From: Actinoplanes sp.
GTDB taxonomy: Bacteria > Actinomycetota > Actinomycetes > Mycobacteriales > Micromonosporaceae
DNA: 64,000 nt
Assembly (NCBI GenBank): GCA_036001925.1
Contig: DASYTU010000301.1
Coordinates: forward strand, 669-64,668
Reading direction: 5' to 3'
The number at the start of each line of letters is the position of its first letter. Position 1 is the first letter of the stretch. Below, in pieces: positions 18,657 to 30,311 of this stretch. Under the pieces are notes generated by a model, which searched no databases, was not told the DNA's origin, and was given only the letters and a program-made list of their open reading frames with translations. The translations under genes were made by a program, and so were the position numbers.

Positions 18657-20447
18657 TCAGGCCTCCGGCACCCGTTCGGCCAGCTCGAGCCAGGCCTCCT
18701 CGACCTGGGCCCGCTCCGTCTGCGCGGCCTTGAGCCGGGCGTCCAGCTCCATGATCTTGTCGTAGTCGCTGCCGTGCTCGGCCAGGCTCTCGTTCAGCGC
18801 GACGATCCGTTCCTCGAGCTTGGCAAGCTGGCGTTCGAGGCGCGCCAGATCCTTGCGGGCCGAACGCAGCTCGGCCGCCGACATGCCGTCGTCGCGGGAC
18901 GGCGGCGCGGGCATGGCGGCAGCCGGCAAGGCCGGGGCCGCGGCTCGCGCCAGATACTCCTCCACCCCGCCCGGCAGATGCACGAGCCGGCCGTCGCCGA
19001 ACATCCCGTACGCCGTATCGGTCACGCGTTCCACCAGGTAGCGGTCGTGACTGGCGACGATCATCGTGCCCGGCCAGGAGTCGAGCAGGTCCTCCAGCGA
19101 GGCCAGCGTGTCGGTGTCCAGGTCGTTGGTGGGCTCGTCGAGCAGCAGTACGTTCGGCTCGGTGGCGAGGAGCCGCAGCAGCTGCAGGCGCCGCCGCTCG
19201 CCGCCGGAAAGGTCGCTGACCGGCGTCCAGATGCGCTTGTCGGTGAAGCCGAACACCTCGGCCAGCTGCGCCGCGGACAGCTCCCGGTCGCCCAGCCTGA
19301 CCCGCTTGGCGATCTCCTCCACGGCCTCGAGCAGCCGCAGCTGCTCGGGCAGCTCGGCGAGCTCCTGCGACAGAAACGCCGGCCGCACGGTCGAGCCGGT
19401 GACCAGGCGCCCGCCGTCCGGCGTGGTGATGCCCGCCAGCAGGCGCAGTAGCGTGGTCTTGCCGGCTCCGTTCGCGCCTAGGATGGCGATCCGGTCGCCC
19501 GGCCCGACCTGCCAGGTCAGCCCGTCGACGACCGTCTTCGGGCCGGCCTTCAGCGTTACGCCCTCGAGGTCGTAGACCTGCTTGCCGAGCCGCGACGTGG
19601 CCAGGCGTCGCAGGCTCACCGTGTCGCGTACCGGCGGCACGTCGGCGATCAGAGCGTTCGCCGCGTCGATCCGGAACTGCGGCTTCGACGTCCGGGCCGG
19701 CGGGCCGCGGCGCAGCCAGGCGATCTCCTTGCGGAGCAGGTTCTGCCGGCGCGCCTCGGCCGCGGCGGCCACCCGTTGCCGCTCGGCCCGGGCGAGCGTC
19801 CACGCCGCGTAGCCGCCCTCGTACGCGTACACGTCCTCGTCCACGACCTCCCAGGTCGCGGTGCAGACTGCGTCGAGGAACCACCGGTCGTGGGTGACGA
19901 CGACGAGCGCGCCCCGGCGGGCGAGCAGGTGGCGGGCCAGCCAGTCGACGCCGGCGACATCGAGGTGGTTGGTGGGCTCGTCGAGGATGAGCAGGTCCGA
20001 GTCGCGGACCAGGAGCGCGGCCAGCGCGACCCGGCGGCGCTCGCCGCCCGACATCGGCCCGACCGGAGTCTCCAGGCCCAGGTAACCCATCCCGAGACCG
20101 TTGAGGATGGCGCGGACTCCGGCGTCGCCCGCCCACTCGTGCTCGGCGCCCATCCCCTCGGGCAGCCACGCGGTGCCCAGGACGACGTCGCGGACCGTGG
20201 CGGACGGCGCCAGGGTGAGGGTCTGCGGCAGCGCGGCCACCCGCAGGCCGCGGCGGTGGGTGACGCGACCGGCGTCGGGCTCCTCCGATTTCGCGAGCAT
20301 CCGCAGGAGGGTGGACTTGCCGGCGCCGTTGAGACCGACGATCCCGACGCGGGTGTCGTCGTCGAGCCCGAGCGACACGTCGGTGAGCAGCTGACCGGCG
20401 GTGCCGTAGCCCTTGCTGACCCGGTCGAGATTGACGATGTTGGCCAC
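18657..20447 (-). CDS. ABC-F family ATPase (Uup-like)
   Basis: Two ABC cassettes (GLNGAGKS and GANGAGKT, SGGE, LDEPTN), no TM domain, coiled-coil C-terminus. Confidence 0.92.
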   Translation of the reverse strand: MANIVNLDRVSKGYGTAGQLLTDVSLGLDDDTRVGIVGLNGAGKSTLLRMLAKSEEPDAGRVTHRRGLRVAALPQTLTLAPSATVRDVVLGTAWLPEGMGAEHEWAGDAGVRAILNGLGMGYLGLETPVGPMSGGERRRVALAALLVRDSDLLILDEPTNHLDVAGVDWLARHLLARRGALVVVTHDRWFLDAVCTATWEVVDEDVYAYEGGYAAWTLARAERQRVAAAAEARRQNLLRKEIAWLRRGPPARTSKPQFRIDAANALIADVPPVRDTVSLRRLATSRLGKQVYDLEGVTLKAGPKTVVDGLTWQVGPGDRIAILGANGAGKTTLLRLLAGITTPDGGRLVTGSTVRPAFLSQELAELPEQLRLLEAVEEIAKRVRLGDRELSAAQLAEVFGFTDKRIWTPVSDLSGGERRRLQLLRLLATEPNVLLLDEPTNDLDTDTLASLEDLLDSWPGTMIVASHDRYLVERVTDTAYGMFGDGRLVHLPGGVEEYLARAAAPALPAAAMPAPPSRDDGMSAAELRSARKDLARLERQLAKLEERIVALNESLAEHGSDYDKIMELDARLKAAQTERAQVEEAWLELAERVPEA

Positions 20448-20454
20448 GATCCGT

Positions 20455-21399
20455 CTAGGCTACCCGGGCACCGGGCATCGGCCCGTGCGCGGTGCGCGCC
20501 TGCCGGCACACGCCCGCGTCCGCCAAGCCGGCCGCCACGGCCTCGGCGTGCGCGCCGTCCTCGGCCAGGAAGACGCAGGTCGGGCCGGAGCCCGAGACGA
20601 TGCCGGCGACGGCGCCCGCGTCGTACCCGGCCTTGAGCACGTCGGCCAGCCCGGGCCGCAGCGCGAGCGCGGCGGCCTGCAGGTCGTTGCCGAGCGCCGC
20701 GCCCAACACCTCCGGGTCGCGCTGGCGCAGCGCCGCCATCAGGGAGTCGGGGCGGTCCAGCGCGGTCGGCGGCCACTGGCCCGCGCGCAGCCGGTCCAGC
20801 TCGCGGTAGACGTCGGGAGTGGCGAGGCCGCCGTCCGCGATCGCCACGACCCAGTGCCACGTGGTCGGTCGGGCCAGGATCGGGCTGACCGCCTCGCCGC
20901 GACCGGTGCCCAGCGCGGTGCCGCCGTGCAGCAGGAACGGCACATCGGAGCCGAGTTCGGCGCCGATCTCGGCGAGCTCGTCGCGGGGCACGCCGGTGCC
21001 CCAGAGGGCGTCGCAGGCAAGCAGCGCGGCAGCCGCGTCCGCGCTGCCTCCGGCCAGGCCGCCGGCCAGCGGGATGGACTTGCGCAGGTGCAACCGGGCG
21101 AGAGCGGGAACCCGGGCGTGCGCGGCCAGGGCGCGGGCGGCCCGGATGACCAGGTTGGTCCCGTCGAGCGCGAGCTCCCCGGCGCCCTCGCCCTCCATGG
21201 TGAGCGTCAGGGTGTCGCCGTGGCTGGCACGCAGCTCGTCGAAGAGGCTGATCGCGTGGTACACGGTGTTCAGCTCGTGGAAGCCGTCGGGGCGCATGGG
21301 GCCCACGCCAAGGTGCAGGTTGATCTTCGCGGGCACGCGCACCCGCACGGGTCCGGTGGCGCGACGAACGCCGTCGTCCGGCCCCCAGGCTTCCGTCAC
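20455..21399 (-). CDS. ispE: 4-diphosphocytidyl-2-C-methyl-D-erythritol kinase
   Basis: PAKINLHL, IPLAGGLAGGSADAAA, LGSDVPF, VSGSGPT; follows rsmA. Confidence 0.95.
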   Translation of the reverse strand: MTEAWGPDDGVRRATGPVRVRVPAKINLHLGVGPMRPDGFHELNTVYHAISLFDELRASHGDTLTLTMEGEGAGELALDGTNLVIRAARALAAHARVPALARLHLRKSIPLAGGLAGGSADAAAALLACDALWGTGVPRDELAEIGAELGSDVPFLLHGGTALGTGRGEAVSPILARPTTWHWVVAIADGGLATPDVYRELDRLRAGQWPPTALDRPDSLMAALRQRDPEVLGAALGNDLQAAALALRPGLADVLKAGYDAGAVAGIVSGSGPTCVFLAEDGAHAEAVAAGLADAGVCRQARTAHGPMPGARVA

Positions 21400-21472
21400 G
21401 GAGTGACGTCCCGGAGCGGCGACCGGATGTCGAACGGCCCGGTCCACATGACGTGACCGGTCGGCTCTTCCG

Positions 21473-22360
21473 TCATGAGTCCACCTCCTCGCGCCGCCTG
21501 CCGGACTGGCTGAGCTTACCGCCGTACCCAGCTTGAATTGCCGCAGCCGCGATCGCGGCGAACTGCGCGACGGACAGCGACTCGCCGCGGGCCCGGGGGT
21601 CTATCCCGGCCGCGGACAGGATCTTCTCGGCGCGGTCCGGGCCGCCGGCCCAGCCGGCGAGCGCGGCCCGCAGCGTCTTCCGGCGCTGCGCGAAGGCCGC
21701 GTCCACCACCGCGAAGACGGCCGCCCGCGGCACGTCCCGCGCGCCGGCATGCCGCGTGAACGCCACCAACCCGGAGTCCACGTTGGGCACGGGCCAGAAC
21801 ACGGCCGGGGGTACGCGACCGGCCGCGCGCGCGTCCGCATACCACGCCAGCTTCACCGAGGGGACTCCGTAGATCTTCGAGCCGGGCACCGCGACCAGCC
21901 GGTCGGCAACCTCCTTCTGCACCATGACCAGGCCACCACGCAGCGTGGGAAGTTCCGCCAGCAGGTGCAGCACGACAGGCACGGCCACGTTGTAGGGCAG
22001 GTTCGCGACCAGCATCGTCGGTGCCGGCTGGAAGTCGGTCGCGGTGACCCGCAGGGCGTCCGCGTGGTGCACGGTGAGCCGATCCGACGCGACGGTCGAC
22101 GGCAACGCCGCGGCCAGCGTCGCGTCGATCTCCACGGCATGGACGTGCGCGGCCGTGCCCACCAGGCCCAGGGTCAGCGAGCCCAGCCCGGGACCGACCT
22201 CGAGGACCACGTCGTCCGGGGTCAGCCCGGCCGCCGCCACGATCCGGCGCACCGTGTTGGGGTCGTGCACGAAGTTCTGGCCGAGTTTCTTCGTCGGCGC
22301 CACGCCGAGGCGCGCGGCCAGCTCCCGGATCTCCGCCGGGCCGAGAAGTCCATCGGCCAT
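21473..22360 (-). CDS. rsmA: 16S rRNA adenine dimethyltransferase (KsgA)
   Basis: [37 protein letters not shown]. Confidence 0.96.
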   Translation of the reverse strand: MADGLLGPAEIRELAARLGVAPTKKLGQNFVHDPNTVRRIVAAAGLTPDDVVLEVGPGLGSLTLGLVGTAAHVHAVEIDATLAAALPSTVASDRLTVHHADALRVTATDFQPAPTMLVANLPYNVAVPVVLHLLAELPTLRGGLVMVQKEVADRLVAVPGSKIYGVPSVKLAWYADARAAGRVPPAVFWPVPNVDSGLVAFTRHAGARDVPRAAVFAVVDAAFAQRRKTLRAALAGWAGGPDRAEKILSAAGIDPRARGESLSVAQFAAIAAAAIQAGYGGKLSQSGRRREEVDS

Positions 22361-22405
22361 GGGGGCACAGCCTACGGCCGGTCCCGACGCGGTAGAACGG
22401 AGGCC

Positions 22406-22828
22406 ATGACAGAGTTGCTGGAGCTACGCGGCGTGGTCGAGGCCGCGCCGGACGCGGTGGCGGAGGTCCTGCTCGACGTCCGGCCCGGCGGTCGGTCGCC
22501 GTTGGCGCCGACCGGGACGATCGAGTCTGACGAGGGCGACGAGCTCGTGGTGACCGAGAACGGCAGCCGGATCACGGTGACCGTCGACCGCACCGCGCGC
22601 TCGGTCGCGCAGCAGGGCGAATGGTGGTATCGCGGCGTGACCTCCGTACAGCCCGATCCGCGCGGTGCGCGGGTGATCCACCAGATCTTCAACGTCGCAC
22701 CGGGCCAGCGCTGGGCGGTTCGCTTCGTCTCGCGCGGACCGCTCAACGCGGCGCCGGCGGCCTTCGCCGCCACCATCGAGAAGCTTGGCGAGCAGTTGCA
22801 CTGCGCCGCCTGGGTGGTGCCGGACTAG
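22406..22828 (+). CDS. Hypothetical protein (possibly SRPBCC-like)
   Basis: ATG with GGAGG RBS, 140 aa, fills the gap between rsmA and tatD. Confidence 0.65.
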   Translation: MTELLELRGVVEAAPDAVAEVLLDVRPGGRSPLAPTGTIESDEGDELVVTENGSRITVTVDRTARSVAQQGEWWYRGVTSVQPDPRGARVIHQIFNVAPGQRWAVRFVSRGPLNAAPAAFAATIEKLGEQLHCAAWVVPD

Positions 22829-23724
22829 CGCCAGGGCCCCAGCACGCGTTCGCCGTTGGCCGAGATCGCGGCGCACAGCGTGTCCAGGTCCGTGCCGACC
22901 GTCGCGGCCAGCGCCCGCACGGTCAGCGGGAGCAGGTACGACGCGTTGGGCCGTCCCCGGTACGGCATCGGAGTCAGGTACGGCGCGTCCGTCTCCACCA
23001 GGATCTGCTCCAGCGGCGTGATGGCGGCTGCCTCGCGCAGGCTGCCGGCGCTGGTGAACGTGACCGTGCCCGCGAAGCTGAGCAGATACCCGCGGCGCAC
23101 GCACTCGGCGGCGAACTCCGCGTCGCCCGAGAAGCAGTGCATGATCACGGTGTCCGGGGCGCCTTCGGCGTCCAGGATGTCCAGCACGTGCCGATGCGCG
23201 TCCCGGTCGTGGATGATCAGCGCTTTGCGGTACCGCTTGGCGATCGCGATGTGCGCCCGGAAACTGGTCTCCTGGGCGGCCCGGCCGTCGGCGCCGGTCC
23301 GGAACGTGTCCAGCCCGGTCTCGCCGATCCCGCGCACCTGCGGCGTGGCGGCCAGCGCCTCGATGTCCCGCAGCGCGCCGTCGAGGTCGGCGAGCCGGGG
23401 TGCCTCGTTGGGGTGCACCGCCACGGCGGCCAGTACGGACTCGTGCCGTGCGGCCAACTCCGCACTCCACCGCGACGACGCCACGTCCACGCCCACCTGC
23501 AGGAGCCGGTCGACGCCCACCTTCGCGGCCGCGGTGATCAGCGCCTCCACCGGGTCGGCGCCGCCCCCGCCGGGCACGCCGGCCTCCCCGATGGTGATGT
23601 CGAGGTGGGTATGGCTGTCGATGACCGGCACGGTCAGCGGCTCGGGCGCGGGCGGGAACTCGCCGGCCCGGCGGGCGGCGCGCTGCTTGCGGGTTTCCGA
23701 GGGTGCTTGACTCTCGCTGCTCAT
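22825..23724 (-). CDS. tatD: TatD family nuclease/hydrolase
   Basis: DSHTH, HPNEA, GETGLD, HDRDA, HCFSG, ETDAPYL. Confidence 0.93.
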   Translation of the reverse strand: MSSESQAPSETRKQRAARRAGEFPPAPEPLTVPVIDSHTHLDITIGEAGVPGGGGADPVEALITAAAKVGVDRLLQVGVDVASSRWSAELAARHESVLAAVAVHPNEAPRLADLDGALRDIEALAATPQVRGIGETGLDTFRTGADGRAAQETSFRAHIAIAKRYRKALIIHDRDAHRHVLDILDAEGAPDTVIMHCFSGDAEFAAECVRRGYLLSFAGTVTFTSAGSLREAAAITPLEQILVETDAPYLTPMPYRGRPNASYLLPLTVRALAATVGTDLDTLCAAISANGERVLGPWR

Positions 23725-23822
23725 CGCCGCTCTACCTCGCTTCGGTGAGACCTTCTGCACTTCGAGCGCCGCGGTAACCGTTCGTTCATCTGATATCCAT
23801 CGTCACGGAATAGGTTGCCGCG

Positions 23823-24857
23823 GTGACCGTGACCGGTGAGGACAACTCGCTCGGCACCGACCCGCTCGAGCCCCCGCTGATGGCGCCCCTGCTGCGCGGC
23901 TTCGGATGGGACGAGGTGCAGCGGATGAGCCAGTCCGCGGCGCACCGGGACGACCCGATGCTGCGCGGGATCCGGGCCACCGCCGCCGTGCGCCGCGGCA
24001 CCCGCATGGTGAAGATCTTGTCGGCCGCACAGGTCGCGGGGCATCTCGGCGGCTGGTCGCCGTACGGCTTCTGCTACCGCTCCTGCGACATCGCGCACAT
24101 CCGGCGTCCCGAGGATCTCGCGCTGCTGCGTACCGACGGTGCGACCGACGTCGAGGTGTCGTACGCGCTGCGCTGGCGCGCCGTCGATCCGCTCGACTAC
24201 GAGATCCCCAGCGCCCCGTGGCAGCCCGGCATCGCCGTGCTCCCCGGCCACCTTCGGGTGGGTTCGCTCGTGCTCGGCACGGGTTTCACGCCCAGCACCG
24301 ACGACCTCATCCCCGAGTTCATCACCGCGGGGTTCGCCGACCTGCCGATGCCGGCCAACGCCCAACTGCTCGCGTACTCGCCCGAGGGCGAGGAGATCGT
24401 GCTGTACGCGTACCAGCCGGAGCAGCATGCCTGGCTGCGGCTGGCCGGACCGCGCTGGCGCCACCTGCTCGAAGGGCTGCCCGGCATCTCCCCGGAACGC
24501 GAGTTCCTGCCCTGCACGGACGCCCGGACGTCCCGGCTCGTCGGTCGGATCAACCAGCACGAGTACGAGGCCCTCGCCGACCCGCCCGAAGAGTTCCGGG
24601 TACGGGCCCTGACCCGCGCGGCCCGCTACCCGGTCGAGACACTGAGCCGGCGCGCCGAGCGGGCCATCTGGCGCCAGGTGCCGTGCTGGGTGCTGCAGCG
24701 CGACGATCGCTGGGCGCGGCTGCGGGTGATCCGGCCGGACGGTGACGCGATGGCCGCCACCGGGGCGCGCTGCTACGAGCGTGGCGTCTACGAGGCCTGG
24801 GCCCCGCTGACAGAGCTGGTCGACCACCACATCACCGACATCCCGTACGAGCTTTAG
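23823..24857 (+). CDS. Hypothetical protein
   Basis: 344-aa ORF with coding-like codon use between tatD and metG; no family confidently recognised. Confidence 0.7.
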   Translation: MTVTGEDNSLGTDPLEPPLMAPLLRGFGWDEVQRMSQSAAHRDDPMLRGIRATAAVRRGTRMVKILSAAQVAGHLGGWSPYGFCYRSCDIAHIRRPEDLALLRTDGATDVEVSYALRWRAVDPLDYEIPSAPWQPGIAVLPGHLRVGSLVLGTGFTPSTDDLIPEFITAGFADLPMPANAQLLAYSPEGEEIVLYAYQPEQHAWLRLAGPRWRHLLEGLPGISPEREFLPCTDARTSRLVGRINQHEYEALADPPEEFRVRALTRAARYPVETLSRRAERAIWRQVPCWVLQRDDRWARLRVIRPDGDAMAATGARCYERGVYEAWAPLTELVDHHITDIPYEL

Positions 24858-26656
24858 GCCGCCGCTTCGAGACGGGCCAGCTCCTCGTCGACCACCGACG
24901 GATCGAGCTTGCGGAACACCGGTTTCGGGGCGGCCAGCGGCGTACCCGCCACCAGCGGGACCGACTCCCACTTCGCGCCGCCCGTGTAGTCCCCGGTCAG
25001 CACCGGGTACGACGGACCGCCGTCCAGGTCGTCGACCTCCACGATGGACGGCATCGTGGAGTGCACACCGGTCCCGCCGAGTAGCTCGTACACCTTCTGT
25101 GCCGAGTGCGGCAGGAACGGCGTCAGCAGCGTGTTCGCGTCGCTGACCACCTGCAGCGCGACGTGCAGGATCGTACCCATCCGCGGCCTGGACTCGTCGT
25201 CCTTGAGCTTCCACGGCGCCTGCTCGGACAGGTACTTGTTCGCCTCCGCGACCACCTTCATGGCTTCGCCGATCGCGGCCTTCTGCCGGTGCTTGGCGAT
25301 CAGGTCGCCGACCGTCCCGAAGCCGGCCCTGGCCACCTCCAGCAACGCCCGGTCCTCGTCGGTCAGGTCGCCCGCCGGCGGGATCTCGCCGAAGTTCTTC
25401 GCCGCTATCGAGATCGAGCGGTTGACCAGGTTGCCCCAGCCCGCGACCAGCTCGTCGTTGTTGCGCCGGACGAACTCGGCCCAGGTGAAGTCGGTGTCGT
25501 TGCTCTCCGGCCCGGCGGCCGCGATGAAGTACCGCAGCGCGTCGGCGTCGTAGCGCTCGAGGAAGTCGCGCACGTAGATGACGACCCGGCGCGACGACGA
25601 GAACTTGCGACCCTCCATGGTCAGGTACTCGCTCGAGACCACCTCGGTCGGCAGGTTCAGCCGGCCCAGCTCGCCGGGCTCGCCGCCCTTGTCGCCCTCG
25701 CCGGAGTAGCCGAGCAGCAGCGCCGGCCAGATCACCGAGTGGAAGACGATGTTGTCCTTGCCCATGAAGTAGTAGCCGACCGCGTCCTTGCCGTCGCCGT
25801 CCGCCGACCACCACCGCCGCCACGCCTCCGGGTCGCCGGAGCGCCGCGCCCACTCGATGGACGCGGACAGGTAGCCGATCACCGCGTCGAACCACACATA
25901 GATGCGCTTGTCGGGGCGGTCGCGCCAGCCGTCCAGCGGGATCGGTACGCCCCAGTCGAGGTCGCGCGTGATGGCCCGGGGCTGCAGGTCGTCCAGCAGG
26001 TTGCGGGAGAACTTGAGCACGTTGGGCCGCCAGCCCTCGCGGGTGTCCAGCCACTTCGCCAGGGACGACGCGAATGCCGGCAGATCAAGAAAGAAGTGCT
26101 CGGTCTCGACGAACTCCGGCGTCTCGCCGTTGATCCGCGATCGCGGGTTGATCAGCTGCTCGGGGTCGAGCTGGTTGCCGCAGTTGTCGCACTGGTCACC
26201 GCGCGCGCTGTCATACCCGCAGATCGGGCACGTGCCCTCGATGTAGCGGTCGGGCAACGTGCGGCCGGTGGACGGCGAGATGGCGCCCAGCGTCGTCTTC
26301 TTGATGATGTAGCCGTTCTCGTAGAGCCCCGAGAACAGCTCCTGCGTCACCGCGTAGTGGTTGCGCGTCGTGGTCCGGGTGAACAGGTCGTACGACAGGC
26401 CGAGGCCACACAGGTCCTCGACGATCACCCGGTTGTAGCGGTCGGCGAGCTCGCGCGGCGTGACACCGTCCGCGTCGGCCTGCACCTGGATCGGCGTACC
26501 GTGCTCGTCGGTCCCGGAAACCATGAGCACGTCGTGGCCGGCCATCCGCATGTACCGGCTGAACACGTCGGAGGGCACCCCGAAGCCGGAGACATGGCCG
26601 ATGTGGCGCGGGCCGTTGGCGTAGGGCCAGGCGACCGCGGCGAGAACGTGACTCAT
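24854..26656 (-). CDS. metG: Methionine--tRNA ligase
   Basis: AWPYANG, HIGH, GTDEHG, CPIC...CDNC knuckle, YVWFDA, GKDN, KFSSS. Confidence 0.97.
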   Translation of the reverse strand: MSHVLAAVAWPYANGPRHIGHVSGFGVPSDVFSRYMRMAGHDVLMVSGTDEHGTPIQVQADADGVTPRELADRYNRVIVEDLCGLGLSYDLFTRTTTRNHYAVTQELFSGLYENGYIIKKTTLGAISPSTGRTLPDRYIEGTCPICGYDSARGDQCDNCGNQLDPEQLINPRSRINGETPEFVETEHFFLDLPAFASSLAKWLDTREGWRPNVLKFSRNLLDDLQPRAITRDLDWGVPIPLDGWRDRPDKRIYVWFDAVIGYLSASIEWARRSGDPEAWRRWWSADGDGKDAVGYYFMGKDNIVFHSVIWPALLLGYSGEGDKGGEPGELGRLNLPTEVVSSEYLTMEGRKFSSSRRVVIYVRDFLERYDADALRYFIAAAGPESNDTDFTWAEFVRRNNDELVAGWGNLVNRSISIAAKNFGEIPPAGDLTDEDRALLEVARAGFGTVGDLIAKHRQKAAIGEAMKVVAEANKYLSEQAPWKLKDDESRPRMGTILHVALQVVSDANTLLTPFLPHSAQKVYELLGGTGVHSTMPSIVEVDDLDGGPSYPVLTGDYTGGAKWESVPLVAGTPLAAPKPVFRKLDPSVVDEELARLEAAA

Positions 26657-26768
26657 GGCTGCCAAGCGTAGTGACCGCCGGACGGCGACCGCGACGGGAT
26701 TGCGGTCGGCGGCATTTATCCCGACACGCCCCATCACTGACGTGATCATCGCCCGATCGCGTAGTCCA

Positions 26769-27806
26769 ATGGACGCCGTGACCCGAAACGCGCCGCAGCC
26801 AGGGGAGACGCCTCGCACCGAAGGCAACCCGTGGTCGTTCGACCCCGACGCGGCGTGGTGGCGGGGCGACGGCGACGCCGAACAGGCCGGGACGCCGGCG
26901 GAGGCCGCCGGAGGAGAGCGGCACCCGCGCCGCCCGCCCGCGCCTACCGCGCCGGCGGCCGCGGGGCCGGCCGCCGAGGCATCCACCAAGGTCGCTACCG
27001 CGCCTACCGCGCCTACCGCGCCGGCGTCCGCGGCGGGCGGCGCGTGGCCCGCCGCCGAGGCACCGACCCGGCTCGGTGCCGCGACCACCGCGCCGGGCGG
27101 CGCGCGGCCCGCCGCCGAGGCACCGACCCAGCTCGGTGCCGCGACCACCGCGCCGGGCGGCGCGTGGCCCGCCGCCGAGGTACGCACCCAGCTCGGTGCC
27201 GCAACCACCGCGCCGGGCGGCGCGCGGCCGACCGCCGAGGCACGCACCAAGCTCGCTACCGCGCCCGCGGACGGCCGGCGCGGGCAACCGCCGCGCCGGA
27301 AGCCGCGCGCACCGCACCGCGCGGGCCCCGGGCTGATCGCTTTGATCACGTTCGGGCTCGTCACGGCGTTCTTCTCCTGGGTGAGCGCCGAGCCCTTCTG
27401 GCTGGCCGTGGGGCACGGCGACCCGGGCGTCGCCACGGTGGCGCGGTGTTCCGGCTCGGGCATCGTGCAGCGCTGCACGGGCTCGTTCGCCGCGGCGGAC
27501 GGCAGCTACCGGGTCCGGACGGTGACGCTGCTCGGCGTCGACGCGGCACACCGCGACCCCGAATCGACCGGCGCGGCATGGATGGTCAACCCCAACAGCC
27601 GGCAGGCGTACGTGGGGACGGCCGCTCCGCTGGTGCACCTGCGCTGGGTGCTCGGGTTCGCGCTGGTGCTGATCTGCGGGTTCGCCATCGCGGTGCTGAC
27701 CGGGACCCGGCAGCTGGAGACGCTGCGGGCGCGGCGCGGCGCGCTGCTGATGTGCGTGGCGGCACCGTTGCTGCTGCTGGCGGGCTTCCTCTTCGCGACG
27801 TACTAG
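26769..27806 (+). CDS. Membrane protein with Ala/Pro-rich repetitive N-terminus
   Basis: TM segments, [12 protein letters not shown]...RC...RC; start uncertain. Confidence 0.7.
   Translation: MDAVTRNAPQPGETPRTEGNPWSFDPDAAWWRGDGDAEQAGTPAEAAGGERHPRRPPAPTAPAAAGPAAEASTKVATAPTAPTAPASAAGGAWPAAEAPTRLGAATTAPGGARPAAEAPTQLGAATTAPGGAWPAAEVRTQLGAATTAPGGARPTAEARTKLATAPADGRRGQPPRRKPRAPHRAGPGLIALITFGLVTAFFSWVSAEPFWLAVGHGDPGVATVARCSGSGIVQRCTGSFAAADGSYRVRTVTLLGVDAAHRDPESTGAAWMVNPNSRQAYVGTAAPLVHLRWVLGFALVLICGFAIAVLTGTRQLETLRARRGALLMCVAAPLLLLAGFLFATY
27035..27266 (+). repeat. 60-bp in-frame tandem repeat, about 3.9 copies
   Basis: Sequence lines starting 27061, 27121, 27181 and 27241 are near-identical; encodes GGA(W/R)[16 protein letters not shown]. 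Confidence 0.9.
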
Positions 27807-28651
27807 CTGGCGTGCACCAGCGCGTACACGTCGCGCTTCCGCAGGCCGTACTCCCGCGCCACCGCCGTGATGGCGTCGCGCCGTGAGTCGCCGTCGGCCT
27901 CGCGCCGCGCGACGGCCGCGCGCAACTCCTCGTCCGGGGGCCGCTCGCCGGGCGCGGCGGCCGCCCCGGCAACCACCACGGTGATCTCGCCGCGTGGCTC
28001 CCGCTCGGCGGCCCAGTCGGCCAGCTCGGCGAGCGGGCCGCGACGGATCTCCTCGTACGTCTTGGTCAGCTCGCGGCATACCGCGGCGGCGCGGTCGGCG
28101 CCGAACGCCACGGCCAGGTCGGCCAGCGCGTCGGCGATGCGGTGCGGCGCCTCGAAGAACACCATCGTCCGCGGCTCGGCGGCGAGCTCCTTGAGCCGCG
28201 CCCGGCGGGCCGACCCGGAGCGCGGCAGGAAGCCCTCGAAGACGAACCGGTCGCTGGGCAGACCGGACACGGCCAGCGCGGTGGTCACCGCGCTGGGCCC
28301 GGGCGCGGCGGTGACCGCGAAGCCCGCGTCGAGGGCCGCGCGGACCAGACGGTAGCCGGGGTCGGAGACGCTCGGCATGCCGCCGTCGGTGACCACGGCC
28401 ACGACCGCGCCGGCGCGCAACGCGTCGACCAGATCCGGTGTACGGCGTTCCTCGTTGCCCTCGAAGTACGACACCACGCGGCCGCGGATCGTGATGTCGA
28501 GATCGCGGGCCAGCCGGGCGAGCCGCCGGGTGTCCTCGGCCGCCACCACATCGGCGGAGGTGAGGATCTCGCGGAGCCGGGCCGACGCGTCGCCGGTGTT
28601 GCCGAGCGGCGCGCCGACCAGCACGACCCGACCCTTGCCGTCGTCGACCAC
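27803..28651 (-). CDS. rsmI: 16S rRNA C1402 2'-O-methyltransferase
   Basis: PLGN, AAEDTR, TDGGMPSVSDPG, FEGFLPR, FEAPHR, RELTKTYEE. Confidence 0.95.
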   Translation of the reverse strand: MVDDGKGRVVLVGAPLGNTGDASARLREILTSADVVAAEDTRRLARLARDLDITIRGRVVSYFEGNEERRTPDLVDALRAGAVVAVVTDGGMPSVSDPGYRLVRAALDAGFAVTAAPGPSAVTTALAVSGLPSDRFVFEGFLPRSGSARRARLKELAAEPRTMVFFEAPHRIADALADLAVAFGADRAAAVCRELTKTYEEIRRGPLAELADWAAEREPRGEITVVVAGAAAAPGERPPDEELRAAVARREADGDSRRDAITAVAREYGLRKRDVYALVHAS

Positions 28652-28724
28652 GTCGAAAGTCCATCACATGGCGACGGGTGGGCTCCGGGCACCGTGCCAC
28701 AGGCACGCAGCCTACGATCGCGGG

Positions 28725-30311
28725 GTGACTTCGGCGACCGCTGAGACAGACCTCACGAACCCGGCCCTTTCCCCTGACGCCGAGGATCTGGCGGTCCGGG
28801 GCGTGCGGCGCGTCCCGGACGTCGTCCGGCGCCGGCTGTCGACGCTCGATAACTGGCTGGATCCGTACTCGTGGCTGGTCACCGCGGTCATCGTGACGAT
28901 CGCGGCGATCCTGCGGCTGGTCGGGATCAGCCGGCCCAAGGGCTACATCTTCGATGAGGTCTACTACCCGACCGATGCATGGGACATGTTGCATCACGGC
29001 GTCGAGTGGGACGAGAAGACCAACGGTCCCGCGTACGTGGTGCATCCGCCCCTGGGTAAGTGGCTGATCGCGCTCGGCGAGAAGGCCGTCGGCAACAACG
29101 AGGTGGGCTGGCGGCTGCCCGCCGCGATCGCCGGCACGCTGATGATCCTGATCCTGATCCGGCTCGCATACCGGCTGTTCCACTCCATCGTGCTGGCCGG
29201 GACCGCGGGCATGCTGATGACGCTGGACGGCTTCCAGCTCGCCCTGTCCCGGACGTCGCTGCTCGACATCTTCCTCGGCCTGTTCGTGCTGGCCACGTTC
29301 GCCGCGATGGTACTGGACCGGGACGCGTACCGGAGGGGACTGTTGCGTGCGCTCGAGGGCGGCTGGGATCCGCTGACTTCCCGCCGGCTGCCGCGCATCA
29401 TGCCGTGGTGGGGGCTGGTGGCCGGCGCACTGTTCGGGCTCGCCTGCGGGGTCAAGTGGAGCGGGCTGTTCTTCGCGCCGTTCTTCGCCGCGCTGGCGGT
29501 GCTGTGGCGGATCCAGGCCCGGCGGTCCGCGGGCGTACGCCGACCGGCCCGCTCCGGCATCGTCGGCGACCTGGGCTGGGCGGTCCTCAGCCTCGTGTTG
29601 AGCCTGATCTTCTACCTCGCCACCTGGACCGGTTGGTTCGTGACGAACGACGGGTACTTCCGGCATTACCGCGAGGCGAACGGGCTGAGCGAGCCGCCGA
29701 TCCTGGGCGCATTGCTCAACCTGATGCATTACCACCACGAGGCGTACAAGTTTCACAGCGGCCTAACTGACAAACACATTTACCAATCGTGGCCGTGGCA
29801 GTGGTTGCTGTTGGGCCGCCCGGTGGCGTTCTACTGGTCCAGCAACGGCCCCTGCGGAGCGTCGAGCTGCGCCTCCGAAATCCTGTTGCTGGGCACACCA
29901 ATCCTGTGGTGGTCGTTCCTTCCGGCGCTGGCCGCGCTGGTGTGGTTCGGCATCGCCCGGCGGGACTGGCGCGCGCTCGCGATCGGCACCGGTGTAACGG
30001 CGGGCCTGCTGCCATGGTTCTACTACGCGGTCACCGACGGCCGGACGATGTTCTCGTTCTACGTACTGCCCGCGCTGCCGTTTCTCATCCTGGCCGTGGT
30101 GTACGCGCTGGGCGCGATCATGACACCGCCAACCGGCGTTGCGGTCGGCGCGGCGCGGACGGACAGGCAGCTGATCGGCACGGTCGCCGCATGCGCCTAC
30201 GTCGTCGTCGTGGCGCTCTGCTTCCTGTACTTCTACCCGATCTTCGTCGGCAGAACGATTCCGTACGAAGCGTGGCAGGCCCGTATGTGGCTGGGGAGTC
30301 GCTGGATCTGA
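28725..30311 (+). CDS. pmt: Polyprenol-phosphate-mannose:protein O-mannosyltransferase (GT39)
   Basis: IFDEVYY, VHPPLGKW, SRTSLLD, KWSG, HIYQSWPWQW; divergent from rsmI as usual in actinobacteria. Confidence 0.9.
   Translation: MTSATAETDLTNPALSPDAEDLAVRGVRRVPDVVRRRLSTLDNWLDPYSWLVTAVIVTIAAILRLVGISRPKGYIFDEVYYPTDAWDMLHHGVEWDEKTNGPAYVVHPPLGKWLIALGEKAVGNNEVGWRLPAAIAGTLMILILIRLAYRLFHSIVLAGTAGMLMTLDGFQLALSRTSLLDIFLGLFVLATFAAMVLDRDAYRRGLLRALEGGWDPLTSRRLPRIMPWWGLVAGALFGLACGVKWSGLFFAPFFAALAVLWRIQARRSAGVRRPARSGIVGDLGWAVLSLVLSLIFYLATWTGWFVTNDGYFRHYREANGLSEPPILGALLNLMHYHHEAYKFHSGLTDKHIYQSWPWQWLLLGRPVAFYWSSNGPCGASSCASEILLLGTPILWWSFLPALAALVWFGIARRDWRALAIGTGVTAGLLPWFYYAVTDGRTMFSFYVLPALPFLILAVVYALGAIMTPPTGVAVGAARTDRQLIGTVAACAYVVVVALCFLYFYPIFVGRTIPYEAWQARMWLGSRWI

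Noticed and set aside
26211-29756. 1181-aa minus-strand ORF
   Set aside because: Arg-rich off-frame/antisense shadow over metG, rsmI and pmt.
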